A stretch of DNA of 64,000 nt from Candidatus Poribacteria bacterium (GTDB lineage: Bacteria > Poribacteria > WGA-4E > PCPOR2b), in NCBI GenBank assembly GCA_965215015.1, contig OZ244042.1, positions 3,872,001-3,936,000 on the forward strand. Direction: 5' to 3'. A model generated the notes under the pieces. The model searched no databases. It saw only the letters and a program-made list of their open reading frames with translations, and was not told the origin of the DNA. Positions within the stretch are counted from its first letter, which is position 1, and each line of letters opens with the position of its first letter. The translations under genes were made by a program, and so were the position numbers. Below, piece by piece: positions 57,772 to 64,000 of the stretch.

Positions 57772-58938
57772 TCAGGAAGTCATACACAGGCAATCCTGAT
57801 AAACCGCTTCCAACTGCTGGATAGATCTATCGTTATCAAACATCTCCTCAATTCTTAGTCTTGCATTTCGCCCCAGATATATTGCCAATTTCCGATCAGT
57901 TAGAAGGCAATTGATTGCCTCCGCCAACACCCCACTCGCTCGTGGTGGGATAAGTAGCCCATTCTCTTGATGGTTAATCAGATCGAGGACTCCACCAACG
58001 CTTGAAGCGATGCAAGGTAGTCCAACCCCCATCGCTTCGATGAGGGCATTAGGTGAGCTTTCATGCAGCGATGGTAGGACAAAAAGGTGTGCGGTAGATA
58101 GTATAGAAAAAATATCGTCCCAGAAGCCGGGCATCTGTATCCGATCCGACAGGTGATAACGATTGGCGCGCTGCTCTAGGTCCGCCTTCAACACACCATC
58201 TCCGAGGATTGTTACTGTGAAGTTTTGCCTGTTGAATTTTGTATTGAGTAGGTACAATGCTTCGATAAGATACTGATGGCCCTTTTCCGCAGTCAATCGT
58301 CCAACACTCACAATGTGCCAAAGCGGTGGAGTGTCGAAAGAAGATTGTGATTGTAAGTCAGGTAGATCGAGCAGATTCCGAATTGCTAAAATACTTTTGT
58401 CAGGGTAACGGTGCCAAAGGTCGTCTCGGATGCGATCAGAATTGGTTAGGAGGACGTCGGCGTGGCGGTAGATGACTTTTTCCGTCAACCATAACCTTGA
58501 ACGACTATATCTTGCGTAGTAGTCGCCGCGCTGTGAAACAATCAAGGGGCAGGCCGGATTCGCCCCTGAAGGAGTTCGAGAGAATTGGCGAACAAGACCG
58601 CAGAGGAAATTGGAATACCAAAGCCAGCTGTGGATAATTGCTGGCTTCACCAATTTTATAATTTCCGCTAACCTGAAAGCCTTCTGCACCAAGGGCAATA
58701 TGGGAAATCTGCCCCGATGGGGTTGAGATTCAAGGGTGCCTGCGTCGTGCATTACAGTAATGTCTTGGACGATTGGGAGTGCTGCAAGCTGCTCGTAGGA
58801 AGTGCCGCGCTCACGGCTTAACACAATAAAGGCTTCAAATCGATCCAGTGGTAATCGCGCTAAGGTCTTGAACAACTGCGTCTCAGCCCCGCCTCTGCCC
58901 ATAGAATCGATAACGTAAAGAATTCGAGTTCGATTCAA
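57772..58938 (-). CDS. Glycosyltransferase family 4
   Basis: GGAETQ, VGRLTAEKG, FVLPSLHESSPNALIEAM, SSVGG; likely TTG start at 58938. Confidence 0.9.
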   Translation of the reverse strand: MNRTRILYVIDSMGRGGAETQLFKTLARLPLDRFEAFIVLSRERGTSYEQLAALPIVQDITVMHDAGTLESQPHRGRFPILPLVQKAFRLAEIIKLVKPAIIHSWLWYSNFLCGLVRQFSRTPSGANPACPLIVSQRGDYYARYSRSRLWLTEKVIYRHADVLLTNSDRIRDDLWHRYPDKSILAIRNLLDLPDLQSQSSFDTPPLWHIVSVGRLTAEKGHQYLIEALYLLNTKFNRQNFTVTILGDGVLKADLEQRANRYHLSDRIQMPGFWDDIFSILSTAHLFVLPSLHESSPNALIEAMGVGLPCIASSVGGVLDLINHQENGLLIPPRASGVLAEAINCLLTDRKLAIYLGRNARLRIEEMFDNDRSIQQLEAVYQDCLCMTS

Positions 58939-59297
58939 AACGTACCCCCCCCATTTAGCAATTTCCAACCAAAAAGTAGTAGGCATACTCCGTATGCCGC
59001 AACTGTTGTGTAGATTATGGCACGACGGAGCAGGGGCATACGTCATGCTAACTGCTGTGGACCTCATCACATCTCCGTGTCCCCTTTGATAGGCCAACCG
59101 AAGCCGGGGAACTTATCCCACTGCCAAGCCAAACTCCCCGCGATTTTTTCTCGGCGCAGCCCCTTCTTACGAATTAATGTAGGAGTTACGCACTTCAGTA
59201 GGGCACACCGATCAGTGTGCCCTATGGATTCCTTATGAAGTCTCTGCTGCAGTTGCCCATGAACCTTTCGTTTGGTTTAAGAGTCTGTAATCTTCTT

Positions 59298-60266
59298 TTA
59301 GTCGAGTGTGTTCAATCTCTCAAGGTAGGCTGTCATATAGCCGATTGTATAGGCACGTGCCCGGTGTCCCTGCGATGTATCGTTTATCATGTTTGGGACA
59401 TGATCTGTAATCATCCAGCCGGCAAATCCACTTTCCTTTAATGCCCTCATCACTTCAAACATATCACAGTTCCCGTCATTTACAAAGGATTCGGCAAACT
59501 TGGGGACATATCCCTGCACATCCCGAAAATGGACGTAGAAAATCCGATCACGCTCCCCGAAGTAACGGACAGCATCAATGACACCGGGGCCCATCTCAGA
59601 CCAAGATCCGACACAGAAATCAAGCCCGTGCATAGGACTGTCAACAAGCGATATACCATGCTTGAACCCTTCAAAACTACGAAACAGACGAGGTATTCCC
59701 CCAAGGGATTTGACCGGCGGATCATCCGGATGGAGAGCGAGCCGGACCCCCGCCTCCTCGGCAACTGGAAGAATCACCTTCATGTAATATTCGTAGTATT
59801 CCCACATCTCCTCTTCGGTGAAGACACGTCCGTGGGATAGAGGTGCGTCCTTAACAAGTTCCATATCAAAGCTAGTAACTGTCGCCCCTCCCCTAGTAGG
59901 TGTTGTGTTGGAAGTCCGCCACACGCTGTTGGGCATCCAATGATAGCCGAGGGTATCAATGCCTGCCGCTCCCATATTGCGGATAGTGGCCGCCATATTC
60001 TCAATCTGCTCTTCCCGTCCGGGGGTGCCGAGCATAATCTTGTCGTAAAAAGAGATGGGGACATTTTCAATAGCAGCGAGCCGGAGACCCACATTTTCGA
60101 TTGCGGTTCGCATCTGTAGCAGGTCCATAAATTCCCAACGACCGTCGCCCGGCAGTTGAGGGTTAGCCATAACGACAGTTTCAACACCCAGTTGCTTGAC
60201 AAATGTTAGCCATTCTTTGTCCACTTCGCTGAATAGGTATAAGCCAAGTTCCATTTTACGTTCCAT
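59298..60266 (-). CDS. uxuA: Mannonate dehydratase family protein
   Basis: YHWMP, LALHPDDPP, DFCVGS, YVHFRDV, ITDHVP. Confidence 0.85.
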   Translation of the reverse strand: MERKMELGLYLFSEVDKEWLTFVKQLGVETVVMANPQLPGDGRWEFMDLLQMRTAIENVGLRLAAIENVPISFYDKIMLGTPGREEQIENMAATIRNMGAAGIDTLGYHWMPNSVWRTSNTTPTRGGATVTSFDMELVKDAPLSHGRVFTEEEMWEYYEYYMKVILPVAEEAGVRLALHPDDPPVKSLGGIPRLFRSFEGFKHGISLVDSPMHGLDFCVGSWSEMGPGVIDAVRYFGERDRIFYVHFRDVQGYVPKFAESFVNDGNCDMFEVMRALKESGFAGWMITDHVPNMINDTSQGHRARAYTIGYMTAYLERLNTLD

Positions 60267-60302
60267 AATATTTTCCTTCCAATGAATAAAACCGTTCACA
60301 GA

Positions 60303-60752
60303 TCAAAACAGCTTATTGCTATCTAGCAGCATCGTGACAGGCCCGTCATTAATCAGTTCAACATCCATCATTGCCTGAAACACGCCAGCCTTGACAGGCA
60401 CCCCCAACCGCGAGATCTCATCCATAAACGCTTGATAGAGAGGATTCGCTTTTTCAGGACGAGCGGCAGCGATGAAACTGGGGCGTCTCCCCTTGCGGCA
60501 ATCCCCGTAGAGCGTGAATTGAGAGACGACAAGGGCTTCGCCGCTGATATCTAAAATAGACAAATTCATTCGTCCTTCATCGTCTTCAAAGATTCGGAGG
60601 TTAGCGATTTTGCTTGCCATATAATCGACATCGGTGGGAGTATCTTCTTGAGCGACGCCGAGAAAGACAAGCAATCCCTTGCGAATCTCCGATATCCCCC
60701 TTCCTTCGACGGTTACACTGGCAGATTTAACACGTTGGATAACAGCTCTCAT
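60303..60752 (-). CDS. dtd: D-aminoacyl-tRNA deacylase
   Basis: [29 protein letters not shown]. Confidence 0.97.
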   Translation of the reverse strand: MRAVIQRVKSASVTVEGRGISEIRKGLLVFLGVAQEDTPTDVDYMASKIANLRIFEDDEGRMNLSILDISGEALVVSQFTLYGDCRKGRRPSFIAAARPEKANPLYQAFMDEISRLGVPVKAGVFQAMMDVELINDGPVTMLLDSNKLF

Positions 60753-60930
60753 GTTTCACCGTAATTATTTCATGATATATCAGTTTTCGGGTCATATTTA
60801 GTAGCTTGCCTGTATTCTAGCATAGATAATTGTCAACGGACAAGATGATTCTTGAGGTCACAGCACTGCCTCAAATTACATCATATTCCTATCAGCGACT
60901 AACTATTTTTAGAACGATGGTTGAAAGCTT

Positions 60931-62031
60931 TCAAAACCTTTCTGGAATCTCAACCTCATATACCTGACTGTGTCCTGTCCGGTCCGATGTGTAAACCACT
61001 AACCTCCCATCAGGACTGAAAGAGGGGTGGGGGTGGGTATGTTGCTCAGTGTAGATCTTAACCGGACCCTTCGCGTACGGAAACGGACCGTTCCAATGCT
61101 CGCCGATGGAGGACGCTTCCGGGTAGCATAGCGTCACAGATTCTCCAACCCCATCACGCGGATTGAACAGCTGGAGACCGATATCGGGAAAGTTTGTGTC
61201 AGCAACCATGAGCGTGCCTTGGCGGTTACAAATTGCGTGCCAAGCGTTACAGAACGTGACACGCCGCTCAGCCCCTGTGTCCACATGGACACAACGGATG
61301 CCATGTGGCCAATCAACGAATGCTAACTCACGTGTGCCGGGAATCCATGACTCGTGGGTGATCCATTCGTTTTTTTTAAGATTACGAGCGTACAACCGAC
61401 GGTTGCCACTACCATCCCGCCGAATCAACCAGACACGGTCAGTAAGGGGACCTGCGTAGAAAAGCAAATCCGAATCGTCCGGACAGAATTGCAGATGGCC
61501 AACGCTGTCCCGGCGGAGAATAATCTCGTGTTCACCGGTCTCAGTGTTGACAATTGCTAACGCTGAAACCTTACCCACGTTGAAGCACACAGCCCACCAG
61601 CGATCATCGTAACTCAACCCTGTGGTTCCTACTACGGGACGGACGCTGCTATCCTGTTCTTGCTGTATTGCGGCAAAGTTGGCCAACTCCCGTTCTTCAA
61701 GCGTTTCAAGGTCTAACCTCCACCCACTTGTCCCTGCTGTGAAGAAAACGGCACTCCCATCATGTGAGGGGTAAACCGACCAATCGCTGAGATCCGGGCG
61801 ATCTGTCAGTTGGATAAGTGAGCCGCTGGAACGCTCTTCAGCAAAAATCTGAGGCGAGCCAGTGCGACATGAGATGAAAATCAGCCAACGCATTGCAGCG
61901 TCATAAGCGGGAATAAAAAAGAAGGGATGGTGATGAATTGAGGGGTAATCAGTTACCTGACGAATGTTTGCGCCGGTGCCTCCATCCTGAAACGTCTTGG
62001 CTTCCGATGGATAGATTGTACCTTTGGACAT
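60931..62031 (-). CDS. Oligogalacturonate lyase family beta-propeller protein
   Basis: GHLQFCP, ITHESW, WHA, THPHPSFSPDG..VVYTSDRTG; start at ATG 62031. Confidence 0.8.
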   Translation of the reverse strand: MSKGTIYPSEAKTFQDGGTGANIRQVTDYPSIHHHPFFFIPAYDAAMRWLIFISCRTGSPQIFAEERSSGSLIQLTDRPDLSDWSVYPSHDGSAVFFTAGTSGWRLDLETLEERELANFAAIQQEQDSSVRPVVGTTGLSYDDRWWAVCFNVGKVSALAIVNTETGEHEIILRRDSVGHLQFCPDDSDLLFYAGPLTDRVWLIRRDGSGNRRLYARNLKKNEWITHESWIPGTRELAFVDWPHGIRCVHVDTGAERRVTFCNAWHAICNRQGTLMVADTNFPDIGLQLFNPRDGVGESVTLCYPEASSIGEHWNGPFPYAKGPVKIYTEQHTHPHPSFSPDGRLVVYTSDRTGHSQVYEVEIPERF

Positions 62032-62055
62032 CTTTTCCTTTTTCGTCGATGACTC

Positions 62056-62289
62056 GGTTCTGTTGACATTTGATAAATTGAACCCATCTCCATTCCGAGT
62101 GTTTTCAATTTGTAGGTTGATTGTGGACAATCGAAAATACCCAGAACATTGCGCGAGAGTTCGGGGTTTTGTCGATATGTGAATATAGACCGCCAGATGA
62201 GGCGAGCAAGCCGACCTACAAATTATTGACATTTATAAATTTCTAATATAAATTTATAATTGGCGATAGCAAAATGCCAACACGCCCTA
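62056..62289. mobile_element. MITE with IS5-like ends
   Basis: GGTTCTGTTGACATTTG...AAAATGCCAACACGCCCTA with degenerate REPs inside. Confidence 0.55.
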
Positions 62290-62384
62290 ACCATCCGTGT
62301 TCGATTTACACTTGATGGATTCAGAGAAATTCTTGTGTCATCTCATGCTCGCCAGCTGCCCCGGCAAACTTGCTGTCTCACCTC

Positions 62385-63185
62385 CTATTCCTCCAATACA
62401 GGACGGTCTAGCCGCGTATGATATGGTGGCTCCATCACCGCCCGCTGCCTCTCATTTGCCCATTCAGGAATGGGATAGGCAGGAACATACGCTAGATTGC
62501 CCGCCGTATAGCGCGTCAATATTGCCCGACGTGGTTCGTCCGATGTCCAAGGCAGCGTCCCGTGCGTCACCGCCTCCGTGAAGATGATGACACCCCCAGC
62601 TTTGCACACAACCTGCCGAACATGCTCCTGGTAGTTCTCATAACGCCGCATCTCTTGAGGGCATGGAAAATTACTTTTGTGGCTGCCCGGGATAACTATC
62701 AATCCACCGTCCCCCGGGTTTACATCCGTAAGTTGGAATGCCACAACCGTCAGTCCACAGTGCATCTGACCGTTACGGAAGATATAATATTGGTTTGGAT
62801 CAAAGCCCGGTCCCGAAGATCCATGGAATATGAATCCCTCCGCCCCCTTCTCCATTGATAACAGAAACATGTGATGATCCATCCGAAAGCCTTTGCCGAG
62901 GATTTGGTTGAGATAAGGGACGATTCGTGGGTGTGCTAGCATCTCTCGGAAGGGGTTACACCACGGTTCTTCCCAATTGAGCATATTGCCGAGCTCCCCA
63001 CGTCCCGTATCACCTCTGAGCGCGGGAGAACCACCATCTAAGGCCTCATCGCGCGGGCGAGTACGCCCTTGGTCCCAATGATGGGCAATAGCTTCGTTGG
63101 CGAAGGCAACCTCATCAGGCGTGAGCACGTTCTCAATGACGAGATAGCCGTTGAGGTCAAACAGATATTTTTCGGCATCGTTCAT
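62385..63185 (-). CDS. Phytanoyl-CoA dioxygenase (PhyH) family protein
   Basis: YLFDLNGYLV, GFRMDH, GGLIVIPGSHKSNF, HGTLPW...RR. Confidence 0.9.
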   Translation of the reverse strand: MNDAEKYLFDLNGYLVIENVLTPDEVAFANEAIAHHWDQGRTRPRDEALDGGSPALRGDTGRGELGNMLNWEEPWCNPFREMLAHPRIVPYLNQILGKGFRMDHHMFLLSMEKGAEGFIFHGSSGPGFDPNQYYIFRNGQMHCGLTVVAFQLTDVNPGDGGLIVIPGSHKSNFPCPQEMRRYENYQEHVRQVVCKAGGVIIFTEAVTHGTLPWTSDEPRRAILTRYTAGNLAYVPAYPIPEWANERQRAVMEPPYHTRLDRPVLEE

Positions 63186-63268
63186 AGGTTAATATCCTCC
63201 TCATTACAAAATCACGTTTAACTGGTGCTGCAATCTTATTGAGGGATTAAGATTCCCTTCTACACGCC

Positions 63269-64000
63269 TCACCGCGCCTTAAAATTGACTGCTAACGCCT
63301 TCTCCAGATCTTCGCGGGGATGGATGCCAAATCGCTGCTCAAAATTCCGGTCAAACGCCTCCTCCTCAGACGGATCCGGCAGCAAAGGCAACGCGACCGG
63401 CTGCCGATTCATCCGAACCGATCTGCCCGCAGCCAAAACCATCTCCTGATCGGCCCTTCCCATCTCACCCGTCCAGAGTGGGTCAATCTCCTCCCGCGCA
63501 GCGCGTCCAATCCCATCAAGCATCGTTGCTAACGAGATATTGTGTTCTTGGAGTCCCACCGCCAAATACGGATTCTCCCATTCAATCGTCCCGCCCAATT
63601 CCGCCGGTAGTTCGACAAAGATTCGCTTAATGACGTTTGATGCAGCATATTCGCGCTGAAATTCATAAGTTCTCGCCTGACCCGCACGCTTGGCGATATC
63701 TTGGGCGGTGCAGACATTAACTGTTTCCCCACCCAACGCCCCTTGATTGCCGTTAGTCACAATCGTACCGCGCTCGCCACAGGTCTCAAAACCGACCAAA
63801 GCATTCCGACCGAGACGGTTGTTTTTGTTGCCGACCATCGCGATCCCGATGCCCCCATTATCGAAATCGACAGTGTAGAATTCAAGGCTTTCGGTTTTGA
63901 AATCACGTTTGGCATGGTCAACATAGGGAACAACCGGCATCGTGTGGCTGATGCTGCTGACAGCGACGGGCGTCGCATCTATCCGACACCGTATGGCTGC
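63269..64000 (-). CDS. C-terminal part of a probable Gfo/Idh/MocA oxidoreductase (starts beyond the window)
   Basis: Frame open to 64000; FDNGG, ETCGERGTI, DQEMVLA..RS.R....V.LPL ending typical of the family. Confidence 0.6.
   Translation of the reverse strand, partial: AAIRCRIDATPVAVSSISHTMPVVPYVDHAKRDFKTESLEFYTVDFDNGGIGIAMVGNKNNRLGRNALVGFETCGERGTIVTNGNQGALGGETVNVCTAQDIAKRAGQARTYEFQREYAASNVIKRIFVELPAELGGTIEWENPYLAVGLQEHNISLATMLDGIGRAAREEIDPLWTGEMGRADQEMVLAAGRSVRMNRQPVALPLLPDPSEEEAFDRNFEQRFGIHPREDLEKALAVNFKAR

Overview
Bacterial chromosomal window with no rRNA, tRNA, CRISPR array, intact transposase or reverse transcriptase. The gene mix (several Gfo/Idh/MocA oxidoreductases, PhyH dioxygenases, sulfatase, DUF6785 transporter, a giant secreted protein ending in NYPNPFNPETWIPY...RKMLILK) suggests Candidatus Poribacteria (inference). 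Housekeeping genes: dnaE, ftsX, moxR, trpD, nfo, dtd, uxuA, and an extended moaA-sufCBD-grx-sufS-sufU-Rieske-sufT-DUF971-rhodanese-Zn-finger cluster. Three loci stand out. (1) 12005-14828: a candidate multi-layer metal-sensing system made of a sigma70 promoter, a His/CxxC leader peptide ending in a RAPP ribosome-arrest motif, a pyrimidine-rich tract, a three-way-junction RNA with alternative pairings, a His/acidic lipoprotein and a ZIP transporter. (2) 33924-41257: a compositionally mosaic 2292-aa surface protein preceded by a duplicated promoter+leader cassette, with a terminator-like hairpin between the copies and paired CGATCG sites over each -35 region. (3) Intergenic DNA packed with nested REP/MITE families, including a 7x54-bp tandem array and homologous composites whose hairpin interiors are inverted relative to each other. 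All calls are by eye from sequence and motifs; no database searches were run.
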